A stretch of DNA of 63,534 nt, filler included, from Octopus bimaculoides (taxonomy: Eukaryota), in the NCBI RefSeq assembly GCF_001194135.2. It is 6 parts of 6 records of this genome, joined end to end, with 100 filler letters (N's around TTAATTAATTAA, not from the genome) between each part and the next. Parts side by side here need not be neighbours in the genome. Positions count along the whole stretch, not along the records: positions 35,713 to 53,859 come from NC_068981.1; positions 53,960 to 58,913 come from NC_069008.1; positions 59,014 to 61,572 come from NC_068984.1; positions 61,673 to 63,534 come from NC_068997.1; 2 more parts are not named here. One strand, written 5' to 3'. Every line of letters starts with the position of its first letter. Positions within the stretch are counted from its first letter, which is position 1. This document shows, piece by piece, positions 51,690 to 63,534 of this stretch. The notes below the pieces were generated by a model. That model searched no databases. It was not told where the DNA came from and saw nothing but the letters and a program-made list of their open reading frames with translations. A program made the position numbers and the translations under genes.

Positions 51690-53003
51690 AAGATAGATAG
51701 GTAGATAGATAGATAGATAGATAGAAAGATAGATAAATAGATAGATANNNNNNNNNNNNNNNNNNNNNNNNNNNNNNNNNNNNNNNNNNNNNNNNNNNNN
51801 NNNNNNNNNNNNNNNNNNNNNNNNNNNNNNNNNNNNNNNNNNNNNNNNNNNNNNNNNNNNNNNNNNNNNNNNNNNNNNNNNNNNNNNNNNNNNNNNNNNN
51901 NNNTTTCACATTTGTGCGTGTGTGTGTGAGAGAGAGATAGAGAGAAAGATAGATAGAAATACTGTTTGCATTCATATATATATTGTGTGTGTGCGTGTGC
52001 GTGTGTGTATGTGTGTGATTGTAAGTGCACAGACAGATTCCTTGATAGATAACTAGATAGACGGGCAATCACATAGATACTGCTTTCTTCCTATTTTTTC
52101 TTTTACCTTATGATTATTTTTTTCTAATATTTTTTCTTCTTTAATATATATCTTCCTTCTTTACAGTGATCCGTATAATATAATTCTCCTCTCATCCTAA
52201 CATTATTAGGATCATAGCAACACCAGTACAAGAAAATCTTATTCATAACAGGATAAAAATGTTGAGATAAGCTGATTCCCTCATGATTCAATCATATATT
52301 CCTATAATATTCTCCAAAAAGACTCACACCGGGAATATTCATGCCGAATGTAAGAATATTAGCCTCGGAAATCACTTTTCTGCAACAGTAAATATTAGGT
52401 GTTATTTTCACTTTCCTGTTCAAAGGAAACTATGATTGCATGTTATATATATATATATATATATNNNNNNNNNNNNNNNNNNNNNNNNNNNNNNNNNNNN
52501 NNNNNNNNNNNNNNNNNNNNNNNNNNNNNNNNNNNNNNNNNNNNNNNNNNNNNNNNNNNNNNNNNNNNNNNNNNNNNNNNNNNNNNNNNNNNNNNNNNNN
52601 NNNNNNNNNNNNNNNNNNNNNNNNNNNNNNNNNNNNNNNNNNNNNNNNNNNNNNNNNNNNNNNNNNNNNNNNNNNNNNNNNNNNNNNNNNNNNNNNNNNN
52701 NNNNNNNNNNNNNNNNNNNNNNNNNNNNNNNNNNNNNNNNNNNNNNNNNNNNNNNNNNNNNNNNNNNNNNNNNNNNNNNNNNNNNNNNNNNNNNNNNNNN
52801 NNNNNNNNNNNNNNNNNNNNNNNNNNNNNNNNNNNNNNNNNNNNNNNNNNNNNNNNNNNNNNNNNNNNNNNNNNNNNNNNNNNNNNNNNNNNNNNNNNNN
52901 NNNNNNNNNNNNNNNNNNNNNNNNNNNNNNNNNNNNNNNNNNNNNNNNNNNNNNNNNNNNNNNNNNNNNNNNNNNNNNNNNNNNNNNNNNNNNNNNNNNN
53001 NNN

Positions 53004-53035
<32 letters not shown>

Positions 53036-53242
53036 TATAGTGTCCCGTAAAGGTAAAATCAGCAAAAAGACTATATTTTCAAAAAATTAAAAAGAAAACA
53101 AAACTAAATACATATTATATATGGAGAATTCACCAAAAGACAAAAGACGAAGACAGGTGGTGTAGGCAACAATTAGATATCGTGAATCCATTCCTGCAAT
53201 GCCAGTTAATCAGCAGCAGCAGTAGCATTCTTGTTGCTGTAA

Positions 53243-53294
<52 letters not shown>

Positions 53295-53656
53295 CTTCAT
53301 CTCTTTTTTTTTTATCTTGACCTGTGCCAGATCGTATTATGATAAATAGTTAGCGTTGATATTCAATACTTTCTTAGAGAAACGGACACAGCTCAGGAGG
53401 AGAGTGAAGTGTATTCTATTATCTTCCTCGTAATAAAGTCCTGTTGACTTATATTATTTTTTTTTCTTCTTTCCTTATCTCATCGCAAACCGATAATTAA
53501 AAGGAAGGCTTGTCTTAAAATAGGCATAAATATTGAAATGATAAGCGTTCTATACGGAGGTCACACAAGATGTTGAAACGTTACCCAACTGGTTCCCCCA
53601 CTTAATATCACACACATACACACACGCGCGCACACACACATATGCTGTCATACGTA

Positions 53657-53713
<57 letters not shown>

Positions 53714-53762
53714 CATACGGTGTGATTATAAACAGGGCAAATTTTAGACTGAAAAAATTATG

Positions 53763-53812
53763 AACAACCTTAATCGATTTTCGAACCTTATTGGATTCTC
53801 ATCAGAGATGTC
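53763..53812 (-). ncRNA. Minimal type I hammerhead ribozyme with an intact catalytic core
   Basis: GACAUCU CUGAUGA GAAUC-CAAUAA-GGUUC GAAA AUCGAU UA AGGUUGUU: canonical core, 5-bp helix II, palindromic AAUCGAUU helix III, UUA site. Confidence 0.72.
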
Positions 53813-53826
53813 TACATCATCTGACG

Positions 53827-53859
<33 letters not shown>

Positions 53860-53959
53860 NNNNNNNNNNNNNNNNNNNNNNNNNNNNNNNNNNNNNNNNN
53901 NNNTTAATTAATTAANNNNNNNNNNNNNNNNNNNNNNNNNNNNNNNNNNNNNNNNNNNN

Positions 53960-56900
53960 CGTTCACTCGTTCTTACGTTCGTTTGTTCGATCGTTCCTTT
54001 GTTCGTTCGTTCGTTCAATAGTTCGTTCGTTCATTCATTCGTTCGTACGTACATATGTTCGTTCGATCGTTGTGTCTAACGTACGTTCGTTTGTTCGTTC
54101 GTTCTTTCCTACGTACGCATGTACGGACGAACGTTCGTTCTTTCGTACGTACTTACGTCTATACGTTCGTTCGATCGTTCTATCTTACGTACGTACTTAG
54201 ATTTGTTAGTTCGTTCTTTCCTACGTACGTACGGACGAACGTTCATTCGTTCGTTCGTACGTACCTTTGTTCTTTTGTCCATTTGTTCGTTCGATCGTTC
54301 GTTCGTACATACGTACGTTCGTTCGTACGTACGTACGTTCGTTCGTTTGATCGTTCTTTTGTTCGTACGTTCGTTCGTTCGTTCGTTCCTACGTACGTTC
54401 GTTCGTTCGTTCCTACGTTCGTTCGTTCTTTCATTCGTACTTTTCATTCTTTCGTTCTTTTCTTCGTTCGTTCGTATGAACGTTTGTTCATACCTACGTC
54501 CGATCGATCGTCGTTCGTTCGATATTTCGTTCGTTATTTCGTTCATTCGTTCGTACGTACGTTTGTTCGTTCGTTCGTACGATTGTTTGTTCCTTCATAC
54601 GTACGTTCGTTCGTTGCTTCGTACGCACGTACTTTCGTTCGGTCGTACGTACGTACGTTCATTCGCNNNNNNNNNNNNNNNNNNNNNNNNNNNNNNNNNN
54701 NNNNNNNNNNNNNNNNNNNNNNNNNNNNNNNNNNNNNNNNNNNNNNNNNNNNNNNNNNNNNNNNNNNNNNNNNNNNNNNNNNNNNNNNNNNNNNNNNNNN
54801 NNNNNNNNNNNNNNNNNNNNNNNNNNNNNNNNNNNNNNNNNNNNNNNNNNNNNNNNNNNNNNNNNNNNNNNNNNNNNNNNNNNNNNNNNNNNNNNNNNNN
54901 NNNNNNNNNNNNNNNNNNNNNNNNNNNNNNNNNNNNNNNNNNNNNNNNNNNNNNNNNNNNNNNNNNNNNNNNNNNNNNNNNNNNNNNNNNNNNNNNNNNN
55001 NNNNNNNNNNNNNNNNNNNNNNNNNNNNNNNNNNNNNNNNNNNNNNNNNNNNNNNNNNNNNNNNNNNNNNNNNNNNNNNNNNNNNNNNNNNNNNNNNNNN
55101 NNNNNNNNNNNNNNNNNNNNNNNNNNNNNNNNNNNNNNNNNNNNNNGTTCGTTCACTCGTACTTACGTACGTACGTTCGTTTGTTCGATCGTTCCTTTGT
55201 TTGTTCGTTGGTACGTACGTTTCTTCAATAGTTCGTTCGTTCATTCATTCGTTCGTACGTACAAACGTTCGTTCGATCATTGTTTCTAACGTACGTACGT
55301 TCGTTTGTTCGTTCGTTCTTTCCTACGTACGTATGTACGGACGAACGTTCGTTCGTTCGTTCGTACGTACGTTCGTTCTTTCGTACATTTGGTCGTTCGT
55401 TCGAACATACTTACGTTCTTTCGTACGTACGTTCTTTCGGTCGTTTTTACGTACGTACGTTCGTTCTTACGTACATGCCTACGTTCGTTCGTTTGTACGT
55501 TCGTTCGTACGTACGTTCGATCGTTCTTTCGTATGAACGTTCGTTCGTTCGTTCCTAACTACGTACGTTCGTTCGATCGTACGTTCGTATGAACGTTCGT
55601 TTGTTAGTTCGTACCTACGTCCGTTCGATCGATCGTTCGTTATTTCGTTCATTCGTTCGTACGTACGTTTGTTCGTTCGTTCGTACGATTGTTCGTTCGT
55701 TCCTTCCTTCGTACGTTCGTTCGGTCGTACGTACGTACGTTCATTCGCTTATTCCTTCGTTCTTTTGTTCTTTCGTTCGTTCGATCTTTCGTTCGTTCGT
55801 TCATACGTACGTACGTTCACTCGTACGTACGTACGTTTGCTCGTTCGTTCGTTCATGCATTCGTTCGTTCATTCGTTCGTTCGTACGTACATACGTTCTT
55901 TCCTTATTCNNNNNNNNNNNNNNNNNNNNNNNNNNNNNNNNNNNNNNNNNNNNNNNNNNNNNNNNNNNNNNNNNNNNNNNNNNNNNNNNNNNNNNNNNNN
56001 NNNNNNNNNCGAACGTACGTACGAACGAACAAACAAAGGAACGATCGAACAAACGAACGAACGTACGTAAGTTCGAGTGAACGAACGAATGAACGAACGA
56101 TCATACGTATTACGTAGGCAGGGAATAAGGAAAGAACGTATGTACGTACAAACGAACGAATGAACGAACGAAGGCATCAACGAACGTAAGAACGAACGAG
56201 AAAATGTACGTACGAACGAGTGAAAGTACATACGTACGAACGAACGACCGAACTAACGAACGAACAAACGAAGGAACGAACGAACAAACGAAGGAAGGAA
56301 CGAATGAACGAAAAAACGAACGAAAGATCGAATGAACGATCGAACGTACGTACGACCGAACAAAAGAACGAATGAACAAACGAACATACGTACGTACGTA
56401 AGAAAGAACGACCGAACGTACGTATGTACGTACGAACGAATGAATGAACGAACGATCGTACGTATTACGTAGGCAGGGAATAAGGAAAGAACGTATGTAC
56501 GTACAAACGAATGAACGAACGTAAGAACGAACGAGCAAATGTACGTATGAACTAGTGAACGTACGTACGAACGACCGAACGAACGTACGTACGAACGAAC
56601 AAAATAACGAACGTACGTACAAACGAACGTAAGTACGAATGAACGTATGTACGAACGAACGATTGAACGAACGAACGAATGCACGAACGAGTGAACGTAC
56701 GTACGAAGCAACGAACGAACTTACGTATGAACGAACGAACAATCGTACGAACGAACGAACGAACGATCAAACGTACGTACGAACGAACGAATGAACGAAA
56801 TAACGAACGCATGAACAAACGAACGTAGGTACGAACGTAGGTACGAACGAACGATCGAACTAACGTACGTAGTTAGGAACGAACGAACGTTCATACGAAC

Positions 56901-58913
56901 GAACGAACGTTTGAACGAACGAACGAAGGCATGTACGTAATAACGAACGTACGTACGTAAAAATGACCGAACGAACGTACGTACGAACGAACGTAAGTAT
57001 GTTCGAACGAACGAACAAATGTACGAAAGAACGAACGCACGTACGAACGAAGGAACGAACATTCGTCCGTACGTACGTAGGAAAGAACGAAGGAACACAG
57101 GAACATCGTAGTAAGAAAGAACGATCGAACGAACGTATGTACGTACGAACGAATGAATGAACGAACGAACTATTGAACAAACGAACGTACGTACGTATGC
57201 TCGAACGCACGAACGAAAGTACGTACGAACGAACAAACAAAGGAACGATCGAATAAACGAACGTACGTATTACGTAGGCAGGGAATAAGGAAAGAACGTA
57301 TGTACGTACAAACGAACTAATAAACGAACGAAGGCATGAACGAACGTAAGAACGAACGAGCAAATGTACGTACGAACGAGTGAACGTACGTACGTACGAA
57401 CAAACGAACGAAAAAACGAACGAACGAACGACAGAACAAAAGAACAAACGAACGTACGTACGAACGAACAAAATAACGAACGTACGTACAAACGAACGTA
57501 CGTATGTACGAACGAACAAACGAACGTACGCATGTACGTACGAACGAGTGAACGTACGTACGAAGCAACGAACGTACGTACGTATGAACGAACAATCGTA
57601 CGAACAATCGTACGAACGAACGAACAAACGAAGGAATGAACGAAAGAACGAACGAAAGATCGAACGATCGAACATACGTACGAACGACCGAACGAGTGAA
57701 TGATCGAACGAACGAACGAAAGATCGAACGAACGAACGAAAGATCGAACGTACGTACAAACAAACGTACGAACGAACGTATGTACGAAAGAACGAACGAA
57801 CGCATGTACGTACGAACGAACGTACGTACGAACGAACGTACGTACGAACGACCGATCTAACGAACGAACAAACGAATGAACGTACGTACGTACGACCGAA
57901 CGAAAGTACGTGCGTACGAAGCAACGAACGAACGAACGTACGTATGAAGGAACGAACAATCGTACGAACGAACAATCGTACGAACGAACGTACGTATGAA
58001 GGAACGAACAATCGTACGAACGAACGAACAAACGTTCGTACGAACGAATGAACGAACGAACGAAATAACGAACACATGAACGAACGAAATATCGAACGAA
58101 CGACGATCGATCGGATGTAGGGACGAACGAACGAACGAAAGAATGAAAAGTACGAATGAAAGAACGAACGTACGTAGGAACGAACGAACAATCGTACGAA
58201 CGAACGAACGAACAAACGAAGGAATGAACGAAAGAACGAACGAAAGATCGAACGAACGAACGTACGTACGAACGACCGAACAAAGAACGAATGAACAAAC
58301 GTACGTACGAACGAGTGAATGATCGAACGAACGAACCAACGTACAAACAAACGTACGAAGGAATGTATGTACGAAAGAACGAACGATTGAACGAATATAC
58401 GTACGAACGAGTGAACGTACGTACGTACGAACGACCGAACTAACGAACGAACAAACGTACGTACGTATGAACGAACGAACGTACATACGTACGAAGCAAG
58501 GAACGAACGAACGTACGCACGAACTAGCTTAAGTACGTACGAACGAACGACCGAACGAAAGAAGAAACAAACAAACGTACGAACGAAATAACGGAGGAAC
58601 GAAAGATCTAACGAACGAACAAACGATCGTACGAACATACGTACGAACGAACGAATGAACGAACGTACGTACGAACGAGCAAACATACGTACGTACGTAA
58701 GAACGAACGAAGAAAAGAACGAATGAACGAACGTACGTACGAACGATTGAACTAACGAACGAACGTACGAACGACCGATCTAACGAACGAACAAACAAAT
58801 GAACGTACGTACGTACGACCGAACGAAAGTACGTGCTTACGAAGCAACGAACGAACGAACGTACGTATGAAGGAACGAACAATCGTACGAACGAACGAAC
58901 AAACGTACGTACG
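53960..58913. repeat. Complex CpG-rich tetranucleotide satellite (CGTT/CGTA on the left, CGAA/CGTA on the right) with higher-order units
   Basis: Mosaic of ACGA, ACGT and ACAA 4-mers; marker cgtattacgtaggcagggaataaggaaagaacg recurs near 56106, 56460 and 57268; orientation flips across gap 55910-56009. Confidence 0.96.
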
Positions 58914-60362
58914 NNNNNNNNNNNNNNNNNNNNNNNNNNNNNNNNNNNNNNNNNNNNTTAATTAATTAANNNNNNNNNNNNNNNNNNNNNNNNNNNNNNN
59001 NNNNNNNNNNNNNTCTCTCTTCGATTCTGTTAGGTGACTCAGCTTCACCACGATAAATAAACAGACAAGAGATTTCAGCCAGTGACGAACATCTGTATAA
59101 CAAGAATCACGGCCCGGCATGGAAGCCACCACATCACAACTAGTGATCAGCACTGCCACACACAGCCTCAACTCCCTTCACATACAGACTCATCCTAATG
59201 TGTACTCAAGAACTGGTATAAATGCTCACGTGTTACTGACTCTTTCTATCTGCTGTAATATCTCACATACACATACATGTATCACTCACATACATACTTT
59301 TCTTTGATTATGTTCTTATATGTCGCATTCACACTCTCACATACACATACATCTTTAACGCCATAATAAATACCTCTGTTATTCATCTTATACGGTTACC
59401 TTCTATCGTCTCTTCATTACTGGTATTTACAAATTCACTAATGTTACCGAAGCATAACATATTTGTATATCATCATGTGATATATATATTTTGTGTTCGA
59501 CCGTGTAACACGTTTAAATAAAAGGAGTCCTCTGTTTTTTCCATTCGTCACCATTTCTCCTTTTATGAGTTCGCACGGTCGTTCTTACAGACTTTTCAGC
59601 AATCCNNNNNNNNNNNNNNNNNNNNNNNNNNNTATATATAAGGTAATACCTGATAAGTGTAAGCACCTGTATATGCCAGATAGTGGCAGAGGTGAAAGGA
59701 TATATTAAACATAAATTGAAAACAGAACACAAAGGATATCGCGGTACACGTGTTTCAAGCTTTATAAACAATCTGATCTGTTATTACATCAGCATATTAT
59801 TGTTATATTATTGATATAAAAGATGGTTTAAAGCTATCTTCAGCTGCAAACATTGCTAGTCCAAAGGTTACATCACAAAAGAAAAAGTAAACGTAGTATT
59901 AGCCATTATAAATAGGTTTATCACATCCCTTTGAAAAGGTATATTTGTATAAAGGTTCATTGGATTTCAAAAATTCTGCCCATACTGTACCACAATTCAG
60001 CATAGAGTGAATGTTAAATAGATTGGATTGAGTTTATATTTAGCTAGCGTGTATAAGATAGAAAGAGAAGATAGAAGGTAAAAAATAAAAAGTAAAAAAT
60101 AAAATATAAAAGTAATAGAAGTGAAACCGAGAGTAATAAAAGTAAAAATAAGAATAATAAAGTTAGATACATAAATAAATAAGATTTAGCAAAATTGGAA
60201 TAAAGTAATAGAAGAAATAAAAACATAAAGTAGAATAAGAGATAAAGAGATAAAATACTATAGAGTTGAGAACAGTATGTTGGCTTGGATGAGATGTTAG
60301 GGGTCATAAATAATTTCTTAGCTAGACCACTCGTTGAAATATAGATTAAGGTTGTAATTTGA

Positions 60363-60459
60363 TATCACTTCTTTATTATGACTTCTTTATTATCATATCA
60401 CTTCTTTATTATCACTTCTTTATTATCATATCACTTCTTTATTACCACTTCTTTATTAT
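60363..60459. repeat. Short minisatellite, about six copies of (atc)acttctttatt
   Basis: Directly visible. Confidence 0.88.
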
Positions 60460-60914
60460 TAGTCAATCGGTTAAGTATCTGACCAACTAACTTAACGTAG
60501 CATTTGTTGCAAGTTTTGGTTAAGGAATCCAGCTGTTTGTCAGTCAACATCCTTGTCAATGACATAAGCACACTCTTCTAGGTAGGCCTTGTAGTTGTCA
60601 AAGATTTAATATTGTGAATGTAAATGTTTGGGTTTTTTACGAGAGAAGGGAAGGGTAAGAGTAAACAAAGAGCATGTATGTGTTTGTGCATGTGTGGGCA
60701 TTGGCCATATGTGACCTCGTTAGTGGTTCAGCATTTTTGTTCAAGGTCAATCTACTTTCAGGTCTGCTGAGATTTGCTTTTGCTCCCACACAGGTTTATG
60801 GGCGTGGTAGCTTATGTGGGGATGAGGGAGAGGAAAGGAGAACAAACAGGCTGTGTGTATGTGCATATATGTCTGTATGTATATATGTATGTATGTGTAT
60901 ATATGTCTTTATGT

Positions 60915-61100
60915 CTGTGTGTATCTCCCACCAGAGTTGGTGTGTTTCTGTCCCCATAATTTAATGGCTCAGCAAAAGAGACAGATAGGTTAAGCACCAG
61001 GTTTAAAAGACAAAAATATTACCGGGGTCAATGTATTCAAGTAAAAATTCATCTAGGTGGTGCCCCAGCATGGACACAGTCTAACGACTGGATTGTAACA
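60915..61100 (+). mobile_element. Family B SINE, 3' half
   Basis: ggtgtgtttctgtccccataatttaatggctcagcaaaagagacagatagg...ggtggtgccccagcatgg. Confidence 0.75.
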
Positions 61101-61523
61101 AGTGAAAGACACTTAATGTAACTTAACTCCTGGAAGCAACACTAAACACATCTTATGATGTACCATCACCAGAGTCATTATCCATTTGTAATTCCCTCTC
61201 AAGTGATATTCAAGTTGACTGACAGTAACAACAGCGATAAGACACTCACCAGCACGGGAAAGTCTGTGAGGGTCAAGGTTGTACTCACTTCGTGGAGTAT
61301 TTCAAGAACAAACAAAAATCACAATACATTGAGGGCATGTTTAGCATAAAGTGGTGGAAAATATAAATTATGAATTCAGGGTGTGTTTTATATTCCAGGA
61401 AACATCCAGCATAGGAATATAAATTAGTTCATACATACATACATACACATCATGATCTGAAGGCCTAATCAATCAATCTATCTGTCTGTCTGTCTATCTA
61501 CACATATATTTGTATGTATATAC

Positions 61524-61572
<49 letters not shown>

Positions 61573-61672
61573 NNNNNNNNNNNNNNNNNNNNNNNNNNNN
61601 NNNNNNNNNNNNNNNNTTAATTAATTAANNNNNNNNNNNNNNNNNNNNNNNNNNNNNNNNNNNNNNNNNNNN

Positions 61673-62519
61673 CTTTCTCTATCTGACTGTATTTTTTCTC
61701 TGCTGCAATCAGGGCACGTGAGGCACGAACCACTGTCTTCATATTACCGTCTTTGTATTTGTGTAGCAAAACTGCTCCTACGCCATATTCAGAAGCGTCA
61801 GATGCTACAGTAAACTCCGCTGCAGGATCGAAATCAGCCAGCGACAAATCTGAAATTAATATTCTTTTGATATCCTGAAATGTTATTTGACAGTTATTTG
61901 ACCAATTCCATTTGGCGTCTTTCTTTAGCAAATTATTAAACGAAGTTCTCAATTCATACATGTTTGGTGTGTAATTTTGATAATAGTTCGCTAGGCCAAG
62001 AAAAGCTTGTAATGTCGCTATGTTAGTTGGGGGAGGTATATTTTTAATCGCGTCTGCCCTCGACGGGTCAGTTCGTCTTCTATTTTTATCGATAATTTGT
62101 CCTAAATATTTAATTTTAGGCAAAAAGAATTCACATTTCTCCTCACTGACTGTGAAACCGTAATCTCTTGTTCTTTGAAAAACCCACTTCACATGTCCGA
62201 TATGCTGATCATGAGATTCACTTCTAATTAATACATCATCCAGGTATGGAATTGCGAATTGACAGTCCGCCAACATCGCATCCATAACCTGTTGAAGTAT
62301 TGCAGGTGCAACCTTCAGGCCAAATGGAAATATATTATATTTGTATAGTCCTCTGTGCGTACTCACTGTTAAAACATTCGAGCATTTCTTGTCTACTTTA
62401 ATTTGTAGATAAGCATCAGAGAGATCTAGTTTCGGAAATATTTTGCCACCATTTAATTTTGCAAAAATATCCTCTGGAGTAGGCAGTGGATAGTAGCACA
62501 TATTTAGACAGTCATTCAA
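61673..62519 (-). CDS. Ty3/Gypsy reverse transcriptase plus N-terminal RNase H; uninterrupted ORF, truncated by a gap
   Basis: YPLPTPEDIFAKLNGG...KLDLSDAYLQI...PFGLKVAPAILQQ...PYLDDVLI...KCEFFLPKIKYLG...FLGLANYY...VASDASEYGVGAVL...YSQIEK. Confidence 0.95.
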
Positions 62520-62904
62520 GCTAGAGAGAGGAGTTCACCACCTAAAACTTCACAAACCGTTACTCAGAGTTCCACAGAACCGTTCGCCAGACACTCGTAT
62601 TATTCAGAATATTTTAATCTACCTCCTTTGGTATTCGAGTGCTATTTTCTCCACCCTTTATGGCGGTGCCCCAACATGGTCGTAGTCCTATGGCTGAAAC
62701 AAAACATAACAGCTACAAATGTACAAACGCATAACTATATAAATCAATTCAACTCTATAAATACGTTAAATGTAGTCACCACGAAGACAAAAGTTAATGA
62801 AACCTCGTTAAGCATCATTATAGAGTGAGGAATGTGTACGTGCTTATGTGCTTGCCTTGATGACTGAGTTAATTGACGCTAATTACCATTTTGGATTATT
62901 AGTT

Positions 62905-63450
62905 ACTATTACTGGTCATATGAAGGTGGTGAGCTGACAGAATCATTAGCACGCCGGAGAAATAGAAACCAGCGTTATTAGTCATATATAGGACGGTGAG
63001 CAGCAAGAATCGTTTCGCACGCCGGACGAAATGCTTAGCTGCATTTCTTCCGAGTTTACGTTTTGAGTTCAAATTCCGCCGAGGTGGACTTTGCCTTCCA
63101 TTCCTTTCGGGATCAATAAAATAAGTACCAGTAGAACACTGGGGGTCGATGTAATCGACTTGCTTCCTCTTCCGAAATTGCTGGACTTAGTAATATTACT
63201 AGTCATATGAAGGCGGCGAGCTGGCAGAACCGTTAGCACACCGGGCGAAGTGCTTAGCGGTATTTCGCCTGCCGTTACGTTCTGAGTTCAAATTCCGCCG
63301 AGGTCGACTTTGCCCTTCATCCTTTCGGGGCCGATAAATTAAGTACCAGTTACGCACTGGGGTCGATGTAATCGACTTAATCCCTTTCTCTGTCCTTGTT
63401 TGTCTCCTCTATGTTTAGCCCCTTGTGGGCAATAAAGAAATAAGAATCGT
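62905..63450 (+). mobile_element. Three tandem family A SINE copies (head only, near full, full)
   Basis: Heads near 62921, 62990 and 63210, each preceded by a tta(c)t(a/g)gtcatat-like flank. Confidence 0.9.
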
Positions 63451-63534
63451 CACCACGCCGGACAATATCACTGGTTAAATGTTTATGCGACTCTCTCCCT
63501 CCCCACTTTCTCTCCATGATTGACGGTGTTAGAA

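Noticed and set aside
54055-58882. Long ORFs up to 608 aa (VRSF/RTNE-rich)
   Set aside because: Reading frames of a stop-poor tetranucleotide satellite, open on both strands, with no domain content.
60363-60459. Short direct repeats considered as CRISPR-like
   Set aside because: No unique spacers, eukaryotic context and no cas genes; an ordinary minisatellite.

Overview
Eukaryotic, AT-rich, gap-ridden draft scaffold. The SINE families, Penelope repeats and extreme microsatellite density suggest a coleoid cephalopod such as Octopus; this is inference from recall, not a database result. No complete host protein-coding gene can be supported, and most ORFs in the supplied track are microsatellite or N-run artefacts. 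The window is a transposon graveyard: three decayed RTE-like LINE fragments, a CR1/Jockey-group RT fragment, a Ty3/Gypsy provirus lacking RT-RNase H, and a separate uninterrupted Gypsy RT-RNase H ORF. It also holds the 3' part of a CRE-clade non-LTR element with a restriction-like endonuclease, Penelope GIY-YIG relics, three tRNA-derived SINE families and a Tigger-like MITE. The most interesting signals are several minimal hammerhead-ribozyme motifs, including one with an intact core (53763-53812, minus) and one beside a Penelope endonuclease with an apparent compensatory A3-U8 core pair (28372-28406). Also notable are a 620-bp near-perfect palindrome (8456-9075) and a ~5-kb CpG-saturated satellite that flips orientation across a gap. 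A few low-confidence exon candidates are listed.
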